Assembly (NCBI GenBank): GCA_029717555.1
Contig: JAMDHS010000055.1
Location: 62,001-126,000 of the forward strand
Direction: 5' to 3'
DNA: 64,000 nucleotides
DNA from: Peribolospora baueri
Lineage: Eukaryota
Shown here: positions 1-12,249 of the stretch, one piece after another
Position numbering within the stretch: position 1 is the first letter of the stretch
Layout of the letters: every line of letters begins with the position of its first letter
The notes under the pieces: model-generated
The model's input: the letters and a program-made list of their open reading frames with translations, nothing else
Database searches by the model: none
Told to the model about the DNA's origin: nothing
Made by a program: the position numbers and the translations under genes

Positions 1-328
1 TCAGGTGAGGTGGAAGTGGTGGCCAATGAGCCTAGTTACTTAAGGTCCTAGTGCAGCACCAGTGTGGCAACACGGAAAGACTCACTCGTCGAACATGAGC
101 GGCGTCTGTCTACGAAGCACTGCAGGCTTGGGCGTTGGCTGTTAGGAAACGGAAGGGGAAGGCGTTGCTCGCGGACAAGGTCGTGCGCCGATCAGGCTGC
201 ACGTGACAGTTGCAATGGAGCGCTTGCCAGCTAACTTACAATATCACTCCCTCCTCATCAACTTCTCGCAGGCACTTGCTCGCAACCCCAAGCCAATACC
301 TGAGTCTGCACATAAGGGGAGCATAAGT

Positions 329-1569
329 ATGGCGGATCTCGTTGGAATACCACCAATAACCAAAGCGTGGGCCGTGTCCGCATTGGCCGCCTCGGTCGCC
401 GTGGTGAGTAGATTGTCTGGCTAGGCGGGGTGCGATGTGGTGTGCTGAGGAATCGCCGCATAAATCGTCACTTGTCTGACGCTGGGTACAATCTCTATCT
501 TTTCCTGGCTCACGCTTGAAAGCAATGCGACATCATCACTCCTTTCCAACTGTTCTTCACTTGGAAGGCCGTGTTGGAGAGAGGTCAGGTGAGCATGACT
601 GTCGTCTTCCCGTCAGTAGTAGCAGAGACTCTTCTCGCCCTTGCTAATAACTTGTGCCTGTCTTCTTTTCACGTTTACTTGATTTGTAGTTCTGGAGGAT
701 TATTACGACCTTTATCTACTTCGGTCCACTCTCTCTCGACTTTATATTCCACCTGTTTTTCTTGTGAGTGTCCTCTGGAGCCACCCGCAATTTTCGTTCT
801 TGCTTACCGTTTCGTAAAATTCGTTGCAGCATGCGGTACTCTCGAATGCTGGAAGAAAACTCGTATGCGAATCGAAGAGCAGATTATGTGTGGCTTCTCT
901 TCGTGTCTTCCGTTATCTTGCTTGTGAGTCCTTGACGAGTGTTCGAGTCCTCACGCGCAAGCTGGAGATCGAGTTATCCTCCTGGCATCCGAATAAATTT
1001 TTCTCACTTTTTTGTTTTCTCACAGCTTCTCTCTCCGATTCTCCCTACTGCCCTTCCCTTCCTAGGTTCCTCCCTAGCCTTCACACTCGTTTACCTGTGG
1101 TCGCGAAGACATCCGCACGTCCGTCTCTCCCTCTTCGGAATTCTCGTCATTTCGGCCCCTTACCTTCCTTGGGCACTCGTTGGATTTAGCTGGATCTTGA
1201 GCGGGAAGTGGAGCGCCGTAGTGGGTGATTTGGCAGGTGTCGCGGCGGGGCATATCTGTGAGTACACTTCTCCTTACAGGATTTTTGTGTTGCGCCGCTG
1301 CACTTACTCTGGTGCTGAGTTGTTCTTGTCTCTGATTCATACCTGATCATATTCCGCATTTTGCATCTCTCGCTTTGCAGACTACTTCCTCGTCGAAATC
1401 TGGCCGAAAGAGCGTCGAAGCGGCGGGCGAAACCTGCTAGCTACGCCGCGTATTGTGTAAGTTCTCGCTTTCAGCATTGCTCAATCTAATTTTGCAGAGC
1501 CACCCAGTTTATATGTCCGGCGTTTGGACTCGTCTTGCCCACAGAACGCGAATGATAGATGGTCGCTAG
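329..1569 (+). CDS. DER1: Derlin (Der1-like ERAD membrane protein), multi-exon
   Basis: ATG at 329 gives MADLVGIPPITKAW. Later exons give QCDIITPFQLFFTWKAV and PFLGSSLAFTLVYLWSRRHPHVRLSLFGILVISAPYLPW...DLAGVAAGH, the Derlin signature. GT-AG introns; last exon ends TRMIDGR-TAG at 1569. Confidence 0.88.
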
Positions 1570-1794
1570 AATGCGTTGCGTCAGCAAGCGCACCGACGCC
1601 CCCTTCCCCGGTCTTTTCTGGTCATCCTGCTTTTCACTTCCGCAGTACATAAGGGCTTCGTTTCTCTGTCTTGTGCATCATAATCATATACCACCAGTCC
1701 GACGCATCAATTGAACAGATCGTGTTCACTTCCGTGTACTCAAGCGCCCATGTCAAAATAACGTACATATAAAGCCAACGATGATGTCGCGATC

Positions 1795-2321
1795 TCAGAG
1801 GTCCTTGCGAGGCTTTTTCTTCGGCTTGAATTTCGCCCCACCTGTTCCCATCCCTCCGGACAGGCCGCCGGCGTCGCTAGCACCCCTTGTCGCCTGCTCA
1901 AATGCGGCGGTCGCAGATCCCATACGCTTTTTGTTTGACTTTCGGTCACCGGCGCTTCCCAGAGCCCCACCTTTGTGTTCAGCCTTGTTCGACGTAGGAG
2001 CGACATCTTCATCTGCCTCGCTCTCGTCTTGTGCTGTGAAACCGCCTTTGCTTTCGGAAGGTACCTCCTCCTCGTCGAAGTCGTCATCATTCTCGACCTT
2101 TGCGGGTTTGGCCTTGACGACCTTCTTACCGTCCACACCTTCGCCGTGCTCAGATCGATAGTTTGCGACCATATCCTGAAAAGTAAAAGACATCCCGTGC
2201 CGGGTTAGACATCAACATGACCGTTAGAAAGAGCTACCGCGTCGGTTTGCTCAGAGGTATAGACAGTCATGCACCTCGAGTTCCTTAGGAGCAATCAGTT
2301 CTCGTGGCTGCCAGATTGTAG
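1795..2321 (-). CDS. DUF1917/Bles03-family gene, C-terminal block (block C of scrambled gene)
   Basis: Exon 2321-2275 ([16 protein letters not shown]), GT-AG intron 2274-2176, exon 2175-1795 (DMVANYRS...acidic/Lys-rich tail, stop). STIW is the expected continuation of the HPCGLR motif that ends at 3569 on the + strand. Confidence 0.75.
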
Positions 2322-3569
2322 AATGACGAATCCATACCCACACGGGCAAATAAATTTAAGGGAATCCGCTCAAAGAAGGACCTGCGTGAGGCGGCTCAGG
2401 CGAGCCTCAAGGACGATCTCAAAGAGATTGCGACGAAGCACAACTACAAGGTTGGAAAGTGGTGAACTTCTCTCGAAGATTATCCTTTTCTGAGCTCTCA
2501 CCCCCGTTTTCTTAAGTTTTTCTGCTAACATTTTTTTTGTTTCACAGGCTTTTCTTCCCGACTCCTGAAGGCGCTGATTTTCTTTTCCCCAAACTCTGTC
2601 ACTCCCTCCTCGATGGACCGCTAGGAATGGAGACAACGGCGCACACGGTCAAGATTGCTACGGGCAGACCCAACGAGATGGACTCAACCGAGGATCAGGG
2701 GTTGGGAGAAGGACCGAAAAGGGTTGTGTGCCTATATTTTGAAGACGCTTGGGACAAGCATCAAGCTGAGAAGGTGAGCTGGTCACCCATGTCCTCATCA
2801 AGGCCCTACCAATCCTATGTCTGCTAAGGCGGAGAGCCCACAAATGAGTATGGGATGGCGGCATCATACGCATGAAGTGCAATGATTTGACGCTCACCCT
2901 TGGTTTCTCTGCCTGCCCTCCAGATCTTGCGCGTGTTGGCCGAGCAGCATGGTTAGTTAACACGCGTCCTTGAGTGCAACTCCCAATCCAGAGCTCATTT
3001 ATTCTTTGTGCTCACTGGTATGTTCATTGGCACAGGCGAGTGGCCCAGTAGCGTGAAGGTAAATTCGAGTTGCGGACCGGCTTTAGGACCAACCAGACCA
3101 TTGAGCAATACCTCAGGATCTACACCAATGGCTGGGGAAAATGACCATTGCAGAGTTTGCCCGGCCATCTTGAAGGTAGTTAATGTAGATCCTGAGGTAC
3201 TGTTCAATGGTCTGGTTGGTCCTTTTACTCTGGCCATCAGGCTGACAGTGGAAGGCAGCTGAGAGGTTGGACTTCATCTTGTGCTGCTTGAGGACTTCCT
3301 GAAGTTTGTGCTTCTGTTCTCTCGACCTTACAACAACAGGCAGACCTATACACAACAATAGGTGAGTCTGACTTCACACACGCACGTATGCACCTGAGGA
3401 TTTAACACAGCACTAAGTCTTCATCTGCGAACTACGGCACGGTTAGGCCTCGACTCGAAGGTACGTTTGTTGGCTTGACTTCTTCATAGTCTGCGTGTGG
3501 ATCCTGTGTGATTGACGTGAGTAGTCACATGCGTGTCATCACCTTACCAGCATCCTTGCGGACTGCGCT
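2322..3569 (+). CDS. DUF1917/Bles03-family gene, central block (block M, inverted relative to start and end)
   Basis: Exons 2322-2461 ([11 protein letters not shown]...KHNYKVGKW), 2548-2773 (LFFPTP...VKIAT...[12 protein letters not shown]), 2924-2951 (ILRVLAEQH), 3036-3058 (GEWPSSVK), 3340-3361 (ADLYTTI), 3447-3460 (GLDSK), 3551-3569 (HPCGLR). All introns are GT-AG and phase-compatible. GKW, CxY and KxDLYTxxG are DUF1917-type motifs. Confidence 0.8.
3085..3310. mobile_element. Two degenerate Ty3/gypsy integrase fragments in opposite orientation inside an intron
   Basis: Minus strand ~3310-3162 reads [42 protein letters not shown] (rve integrase core, cf. [24 protein letters not shown]). Plus strand 3085-3161 reads [15 protein letters not shown]...IAEFA. 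No LTR or target-site duplication seen. Confidence 0.85.
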
Positions 3570-3840
3570 GTACTGGTCTCCCCGGTCGTCCATTTCTCTC
3601 GCCGACTTCTTAGCACGAAACAAGCCGTCAACCGTGATAGACGACGGCGCCAAGCCGTGGATCTACATGAGCAGCGACAAGGGAGAGAAAATCGACGACA
3701 AGACTGAAATCTCGGGAGGCAAAGCTCAGGATGAAGCCATGGCGAGATTGAAGGAGACGACAGAGAAGATAGAAGCAATTCAGGTACGCCCTTTACCTAC
3801 ATCTCCGAGCATTTTGACCTCGTGTCGAACCGAGCGACAG
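3570..3840 (+). CDS. DUF1917/Bles03-family gene, N-proximal block (block N, inverted)
   Basis: 3570-3783 encodes YWSPRSSISLADFLARNKPSTVIDDGAKPWIY...KETTEKIEAIQ. It is followed by a complete GT-AG intron at 3784-3840. Confidence 0.75.
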
Positions 3841-3908
3841 AGGAATAGAGCTTCCTTATACCCTTCTTCTCTCTCTTTTCTGTTCACTGTGTACTCACTA
3901 TGGTACAT
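3841..3908 (-). CDS. DUF1917/Bles03-family gene, start block (block S)
   Basis: ATG at 3908 gives MYHSEYTVNRKEREEGYKEALF plus CT, which joins in frame to G-TAC-TGG at 3570 (+). It is divergent from SEC8. The true start could be further upstream in the same open frame. Confidence 0.6.
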
Positions 3909-4127
3909 CGGGAACCTCTGTAGCCCGTCCTCGTCGACTGTTCCTAAGCAACGGGCGGCCCGAGCGTCTCGATCACTCCACGTGATCAATAACCCTACCG
4001 GCCGCATTCCACCACCACCACCACCTCGCGCGAGCATGCCGACGACCAGCAATCTAGCAACGGGCAACGAGCGACCAGCTCAACCCTCTTCGGGTGTCAA
4101 GCACATCGTCTCGCCCTGGCCCCCATC

Positions 4128-7100
4128 ATGTCTCGCTCTCAGCAGCCACCAGCCACTGCCGTGCCCGCGGCAGGCAGGGATATTCGCTCGCGCCTCCGGC
4201 AGGCCATGCCCAGCACGGCCGTTGGCAATACTTTCTCTTCCCGACGCGATCTCTCCGCCCTTGATACCCTCGATGGCCCTCCACCAATGCGTCCCGCACG
4301 CTCCGTACGGCGACCGCGACAGGCAGCAGAGGAACCCGGTACGGCACCCCTCATGAGGTCAGGCAGTCGAGCCGGCTTTATTGGTGCGCCGAACACTGCG
4401 GGCTTTGACTGGAAGAGGGGCGCGCTGCCGGGTGAAGACTTGAACTTGGGGGACTATGACGATGAGGCTATATCGCCAGCGGAGGAACGACCGCCTTCTC
4501 CGGATACGCCTTTTGGTCGAGACCGCCTGTCTCCCACCTCACCAAACGACCAATACGTCAGCGTCGGATCGCTCACGAACCGAGGAATTACGACTCCACA
4601 GATGACCAACGTGCTGGCCGCGTTTAGGGCTGCAGGGAGGAAGGGGAAGATGGATCACGCCCACGCTAATGGCATGCATCAGCGGAAAGGACTGAGGTAT
4701 GAGATTGACGATGAAGCCGAGGATGAGCCGGCTTTTCGGGAGATCAATAGTGAGCGACTCGTTCCCCCTTGGACGTGGCCGTGCGCAGAACGCCATTGCT
4801 AACAGTTACGCCTCTGCGCAACCATGCTTGACAGCTGTTCTCCGAAAGGTGAAGAACGGCTGGGGGTTTGTTCTGGACGACGATGTGAGTACGTGTGAAG
4901 TGATCTTGAGCAGGCGATACATGGATATTGGCTCTGATTGTTTCACTTTGCATCTGAAGTTCAACGCCGTGACATTAGCACTCTCCCTGTTGGATGAATC
5001 ATCCGTTGGAGGTGACCGAACAGACTTTGAGCGGACAAAGGAGCAGCTGGAGCGAGCGCTGCAGGGGACCGTCGACGGTAAGATGCATCTATGTTGGCTG
5101 GGATGAAAACCGTAATCCGAGCAGCGCACCTGAGCAGTGTCTTACCCATCTTTTACTTCACGTCTTGTCAGATCACTATCAGTCATTTGCATCTGCAATC
5201 ACTCTTCACCACTCCGTTCTTACCTCTCTTACGAACGCACAGCAATCTCTGCATTCCGCACGCAACGCGCTGGTGGAGAGTCGAGAGGCCCTTGGCACCA
5301 AGCGAGCGGATCTCGTCCAGATGTGGGGTCGGAAGGAGAGTTTGCGAGAGATGCTTAGATTGTTGGACACGCTGTGAGTTGTCTGTCTAATATGTTTGTA
5401 GCATTTGCATCGCTTTGCTATTTCGCTTACGCTTTTGTCTCTGGACGTGCAGAGAGCACCTCAAATCCGTACCTGACCAGCTCGAGTCGCTCATGTCAGA
5501 GAAGCGCTTTCTTCAAGCCGTCCATCTCCTGACTCGATCGGTGAAGACAATTGAAAAACCTGACCTGGTGGAGATTGGTGCGACAAGCGACCTGCGAATC
5601 TATCTCAAGGGCCAAGAAGCCGTGAGTCCATTGGTTAAAGGAAGACACTGAAGGGACGTGCGAGGCTTACACGCGCTTGTTTCATACTCAGGCCATGTTT
5701 GACATTCTCATTGAAGAGCTGCACAATCACTTGTACCTCAAGAGTTTCTTCTGCGATACGCGATGGAAAAGTTACAGTTTCGGTCAAGATCGACGTGAGT
5801 TTTCTTTGAGCCGCATATTTGTCCAACTGTTCGCGACTGACGATCATTTCCGCTCCCGTGTGGTACCGCTGCTGTCGGTCGTTTCTCACGCTGTCAGTGC
5901 CATGGGTGGACTTTGGCGTAGATGCAGACGAACCACAAACAATGATTACGTCTTCATCCTCAATGGATCTCGCCCGGGCTGCAACTTTAAAACCTTCGTC
6001 TTCTTCCCAACCCCGACTCACCAAACTGGCTCGGTATTTAACCTCCCTATCCCTCCGACCGTCGGTGGATCCCTTGTCAGCGAGTGGGGCTATCAACGAC
6101 ATCGAACCTATGACAGTCTCTATCTCTTCCACCTCTCTGGCTGCGGAGGCAGGCGCAACGACGCCGAATGTGTCTCGCTCAGGCACACCGGTACCAGGCT
6201 CAGGTCCGACAGACTCCGTTACCCCCAACGAGCTAAACAACAGTGCCAGCACACCACCTCAATCGCTGGGAATCAACAACAGCCCAGAGAGCGATAGTTT
6301 CATGTACATGGAAATGCTTCTGGAGAGTTTGGCCGCACTTGGGAAGCTCGACCTTGCCCTTGATGTGGTCAGTCAGCGGTTACCCGTCGAGCTGTACGCG
6401 CTTGTGGACAGCACCATCACCGAAGTGGACGAGCGGTGAGTCAGGCTCGGCACCCGCTTGCGTCGGACCATATCTATGTGGCTTTTAGCTTATCTCTCAC
6501 ATGCTTGCATGTCAACTCTACTCCACGCAGCAACGAGCCACTCCGCCGAACTTCCGCGCTTTTGCGACCAAGCTCGATGGTCGTCACTTCTCTCACAAGT
6601 CGACTCTCCCGGACATCCATGTCCTCAGGCAACACCCGTCCCTGGTCCCTCTTCGGCGCACCAGGCAGTGCGCCCAACATCTTGCAAATGGCTTCCGGCG
6701 GAGACAGCTCTGGGCTTCAGATTGATGGGGAGACGATTAAGGATTTGTTCTGGACACTGTTTAGCAAGTTGGATGCCGTGCTTCAGGGGCATAGAGTTGT
6801 TGCTGAGGTTACTAGGAGAATCGCGTCGGTGAGTGGGTTTTGCCGCAACAGAATAGTCATTGACTTTTTCCGACATGTTAAATGTGAAAGCGGTGAGGAT
6901 TGACAAAAAAACGGAATGGATCGGAATCTGCTTCGCAGAGGCGCGACTTCAAAAAGTCGTCGGACTCCAAGTTTGCCAGCACTTTGCCGCTCATGGAAGT
7001 TTGGAAGACTATGCAGAGCGAGGTGAGTACAGCGCAAATTCGTCAGGATATTTTTTGTTTTCCTGTGTTGTGGCTGATGAGGCGATTTCGCTGTTTCTCA

Positions 7101-9606
7101 TTGACGGTGCAGGTTCGAACGTTACTTCATGACTACTTGACGGACGACGAAGGCGGTAGAGTGAAGGGCCGCAACCCGATTGTGTCGATCAACGAGGTAC
7201 TCCGGACAGGCAGTGCTCGCAGAGATCGGAACAAAGTGTGTATGTCTTTCTCGCAATTCTTCGTTCCTTCGTAGTACCTCGACGCCCACGCTGCATGTTC
7301 TCCGCTGCAGACACAGTTCAAATTCTCCGATTCAGGTCTGCGACTGGACAAGAAATTAGGCTCGGCCCTGAAGCCTTATGAGCACTCTCTAGACAATGCT
7401 CTCAAGGCCTCCGTTCCGGGTCTCGTTGCATCTATCGAGCAGACCTCATCGTCAGCTGTGGCCTCTCAGCAGGTCGTCATGTCCGCCCTTTCCTCTTCTG
7501 AGACATATTCTGGCGTCGGACACCGTCTCCTCGTCCGTCCGGATGCCTTCAACGTTTCCATTCTTTTCCGACCCACGCTAGCGTTCGTCGAGCGTGTGCA
7601 GGCGATCATGCCTGATGAGGCCGCTGCCGAGACGAGCAAGGGTTTTACCAGCTTCTTGGAGGAGTTCGTACTAGATGTGTTCCTGCCACAGTTGGAGGAC
7701 AAGGTCTCGTCTTTCATGCATTCAACAATTGACGGTGCAGAGGCGTTTCAGGAGGAGCCGCTGAGTCGGAAACTTGCCCAAAAGCCTATCGTCAAGGTGC
7801 GTCTAGCGGCTGCTCGCTTCTCGTCGTATCTTGGTGGCTGAGCATATGGTTGGCCAGTAACCTCTTACTCCTTTCCTATAACCGCTGCAGTCGGCCGCCA
7901 ACTTGACAGCTTTGGTCAACAGCCTCTACACCACATTGCGGACAATGCCATTCCACCGGGAGAACTATAGCCGGCTGATCATCAGCACGATCGTGCAATA
8001 CTATCAGCGGTGCAATGATCGATTCAAAGGTGAGTTTTCTCTTCCAGAAGGTGCGGAGTTACAGGACGACGGCCTCACTATAGCTTTCGGTTCAATACAG
8101 TCCTTGTCGCGGTCGAAAATATGGAGGTGGACGCCGACGGCATCCCCACTGGCCCGACACTCAAGCTAGCAGCATCATGGGCTCAACGCGCCGAGCTAAG
8201 TAGCCTTTTAGGCGACATCTTTACGACCTCTGATGACAGCGACGACTCTTCAATCCAGCGGCGCAAGAAGGAGCTGATACGGCGGGAGAACGAAATGGAA
8301 CTTTCCCTGGTCAGGGAGAGCGACGTTTCTTCGAAGGACCTCATCATGCCCACAAAGAAGCTTGTCGGGCTTGGTAGCTTGTACCACAGCCTGCGGTGGT
8401 TCATTGGACATATCGAGAGGTTCAAGGTTACTTCCGATGCCACATTTGAACCTGAGGTAAGTGCTTGTGGTCTCGTTGCGATGGAGTAGAGCGTAGAGGG
8501 CCAGAGGTTTCCTCACGTACTGTGGCATCTTCACATCACCAGGATTCTGCCCCGCCAGAAAGCGATGCTGCAGACGCGTCTAGCCCAACGCCGATCGAGC
8601 TAAAACTGCCGTTGACCGAGTCGATGGTTGCGTGAGTTCTATTGCGCGCTACTAGCATCCAGCCGAAGTCTGATCTCTGATCGGTGTCTATTTTCGCTAC
8701 GCTCAGTCGCTATGAAACGCTACCGAGGACGTACCAAGAACTCTGTAATGTCGTCCTTTGCACCTTGCGGCTTGAGATCCGATGTCGGACCATTCATTAC
8801 TTGGATCTGACTGCGTCCGAGGTACGTCGGCGATCTTCTTGAAAGAATGACAGTATATCCAGCTGCAGGTTCTGACTGCCCTGCTTTGGTGCGTTCAGGG
8901 TAATTACTATCTCGAGGATGGTGGCGCTGTTGAGCCGGATCCACATGTGGTTGACTTAAACACCGAGCTAGCTCAATGCGACGAGGCTATTGCCACCACT
9001 CTGCCACGGAAAGAACATCGGTGCGTTGCCCAACAAACGTCGACGTCCAGAGGTTTACCGTTTCTTTTGTCACTGACACTTTCCTGGATCTTCCATCCCC
9101 AGTTTCATATTCGATGGCCTTGCTTCGCTCATGGACGAGCTGCTCGTCTCGAGCGCCCGCAAGATCCGCGCAGCCAACAAATTGGGCGTTATCAAGATGA
9201 TTCGCAATATCCTCGCCCTTCAGCAAAACCTGAAGAATATTGTCGATGTGCCGCTCGACACCGACTTTGATAAGAGCAAGCGCTTTTGGGAACTGTTCTC
9301 GAAGGATCCCAAGGCGAGTTGCAGCTCGTCTGTGTGTTCTCGTGTAGTGGCCCTTGGCTGATTGGCTTTCTTTTGCTTTGCGTTGGCACAAATGTTCAGG
9401 ACATGATTGCTATGATCTCACGAGAAAAGCCGACACAATCCTTCGAGGACTACAAGGCTATGCTCGGTCTCCAGCTCGGCATCGACAACACGAGCGGCAA
9501 AGAGCCCGCCGCCAGCACCGTCGGGCTTGGAGGAGACAAGAATCGAAGATTGTACAACGAGTACCTTATCGATTTACACCAGGCTATCGACTCTCACGAT
9601 CTGTGA
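4128..9606 (+). CDS. SEC8: Exocyst complex component Sec8, multi-exon
   Basis: HYQSFASAITLHHSV, KSVPDQLESLMSEKRFLQAV, ILIEELHNHLYLKS, SPESDSFMYMEMLLESLA, GHRLLVRPDAFNVSILFRP and MIRNILALQQNL match fungal Sec8. Stop at 9606. Confidence 0.9.
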
Positions 9607-10008
9607 ACGCACTCCTCCATCCTTATCCGGTTTGCCTATCACCTCCAAAGCCGCTCTTGGCCGTTTCCCCTTGCCTATTTCTTACCCCTCTGTTGTGAGG
9701 TCGGTGTACGCTATCTCGTCATCTGGCAACATTGATGGGTACCCGGATCACGTTGGTATATTGCTACGCGAAACTCTGCTTTCTTGCCTTGCAATTGCCG
9801 AGGGTGAGGCCGCAAGACCCGCGAGATGATGCATTATCTGATGGCAGGCCGTGGGCGTAGCAGCCAAGGCGATCGGCGCCAAGGCAGTTGTTAGGGTTAC
9901 CCCAGAAAGTGATCGGGGCTTACTTCCCGCCGCCACATCGTCTCGCGTCTCGCGAGAACTTCATGTCATACTACCTCATTGCCCCGTCCCATATTCCTTT
10001 GTCGCCTC

Positions 10009-12033
10009 ATGCAGTCCTCCGGCCCACCGCATTCACAGTCGAGCCTTCGCAATCGCTTTGCTTCCCAAGCTGGTCCGTCTGCGACGGCCTTCAACCCTGA
10101 CGCTGCACAGACCAGCGGACCTCCCGAAGAGTCGGACCAAGATGGTGGCGACCGGGCTGCCGTTCTCGGATCGGACCACGTCAGATCACGAAGCGGAGGT
10201 ATTGATGAGCATTTTGCACCGCCTTTGGTGGCCTCGAGTGTGGGATGGCGTATGCGGGGGGTGACTGACGAGGTCATGGAAGGCGCCTACTCGCGCAGGA
10301 CAGAGGAACTCGATCCTCATCTGCCCGAGACTGCGTCTGACCTCGATGAAGACGGGAACGAAGACGAAAAGGGGAGAAGCGAAGAGGGTTCAGGGCCGAC
10401 CGAAAATGGAGGACAGTCTCGCGTACGAGGACATGGCTCAACCGCAGACCGAGAGGAGGAAGGGGAAGAAGGGAATGAAGAGCGAGCACAATCCCGCACT
10501 GACAACGAACGCCGGGAGGACGCTTACCAGGACGAGACGATCTGCAGAATCTGCCTTGGACCGCAAGATGAGGCTTTGGGGAAGCTAATTGCGCCTTGCA
10601 GGTGAGGCAGACCGTAGCGTTTGTTAATTATGGTGTGTCTACCGTCTCGCTGACCCTTCTTTTCAATTGTGTTTGGCCCTCGCAGGTGCAGAGGGAGCAT
10701 GAAGGTAATAGCTAGACGCTCCTTGCTCCTAATATGACTTCTTTGCTATAACCACAGCTTTTGTCCTTCTGCCGCAGTCATCTTGCTGACAGGCTATAAT
10801 CTCATCTGCTCCTTCTTCTCCCCCGACACTTTTTCCCAGTACGTTCACCAAAAATGCATAGAAACCTGGCGCTCTACCTCGTCCCGTCCATCTTCCTTCT
10901 ACCAATGCGACCTTTGCGGCGCGCCCTTCCGCTACCGACGCTCCCGCTTTATCGGGTTGGCGACGAACAAGTTCCTCCTCTTCTTCGTCTCCTTCTTTTC
11001 CTTCATCGCCCTCATATTCGGAGCAGGTTTCGTAGCCGGTTGGATCCTTGATTTGGCCGATCAAGCCGAGCTGTCCAAGTCGTCAGAGCCCATTTGGAGC
11101 GTTTCAGGTGGAGGCGTCTTTGGCAACACGCACGTCTTTACGCCGGGATTCGGCTATTGGAAGCTCATGGAGGACACCTTGAGGAGCTTCGGAAGCGGGC
11201 AGGCCTTAAGACAGGTCAAGCGACTCGTGTGGGGTAGTGAGGGTGATGATGAGGCAGACGTGAACGAGGAGGTTTGGATGAACAGAGTGGACCAGGGGGA
11301 GATGGTTGAGGAGGAAGATTTTGACAACTTCTTCGAGCGTGTCGGCGACTGGCTCTACGGGCTAGACGTCGACCTGCCGTACCAGCACGCCGTTCGCGTC
11401 GATCGCTTCGCCCGTCGGTCCCGCCCTTATCGAAACACCGGCGCGGGCGGCGGAGCGACGAAATTTCAATCTTCCAGGACGGTTCGCATACCCCGCCAGG
11501 AACGCCACTCTTCTCGCCGCTCCAAGCCAGTTTCGACAAAAGCCGGGACGCCACGCTGGCTTGACCGCATTCTCTACCGCTTCACTCTCGGTTTCTCTTT
11601 CGTGGGCATCGTCAGCTTCATTAACATGCTACTTGGAATATCTTTCTTTGGGCCATTCCACCTGGGCAACTTTGGCTTGGGAAGAGGGTTGGCTTGGGGA
11701 AGAGCACGGAGAGGTGGAGGGGGTGGTGGAGGTGACGGGGGGTTGGCCAGCGTAATCGTCGTGGTGCTGGTCGTAGTCGGCGTCATTCGCGCCATGGTCG
11801 GTCTCTACCGCCTCATACGTCACATTTCGCGCCGACTCCTTCTCCGGGTCGAGGAAGCTATCGTCGATTACTCTGCAGAGGATGAGACGGCCGTACCACC
11901 TCCTCCGGGTGCGGGTCCCGACCCAGCTCTCCAAGCCATCGCGCGCGAGAGAGAGGAGCGTCGAGGGAGAGAGAGGCGGGAAGAGGAGGAGGAACGGCTG
12001 TTCCAGTGGAACTTGGCTCGTGCCGGCGACTGA
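10009..12033 (+). CDS. RING-CH (RINGv/MARCH-type) membrane E3 ubiquitin ligase
   Basis: Spliced C4HC3 motif CRICL...LIAPCR|CRGSMK|YVHQKCIETW...CDLC, followed by hydrophobic TM segments. Start codon uncertain. Confidence 0.82.
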
Positions 12034-12249
12034 AGACGCTCTCCTGGCGGCTTCACTAGCGTTCATGATTGGGGGCTCTGGCTGTCCAGTTACGTCCATC
12101 CGAGTAAATGTAACATGGTCTGTCGAATTGTACTTGTAACGAATTGGATCATTGATTCTCAGCTTGAACGCCGTACAGAGGAACCGGTAATCCTACACGC
12201 CGTATTCACAAACGCCCACTCGAGCGTCCAAATGACATTACTTGTTTGC

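Noticed and set aside
1..96. Possible first exon of a minus-strand gene (ATG TTC GAC GA followed by GTGAGT) divergent from Derlin
   Set aside because: Too little sequence lies in the window to support or identify it.
3113..3358. Active retrotransposon
   Set aside because: Only about 230 bp of degenerate integrase is present, with no gag, RT, LTRs or target-site duplication.
3508..4356. 282-aa plus-strand ORF as a single gene
   Set aside because: It is a chimera. Only 3570-3783 is protein-like (DUF1917 block N); the rest runs through an intron, the promoter and an off-frame part of SEC8.
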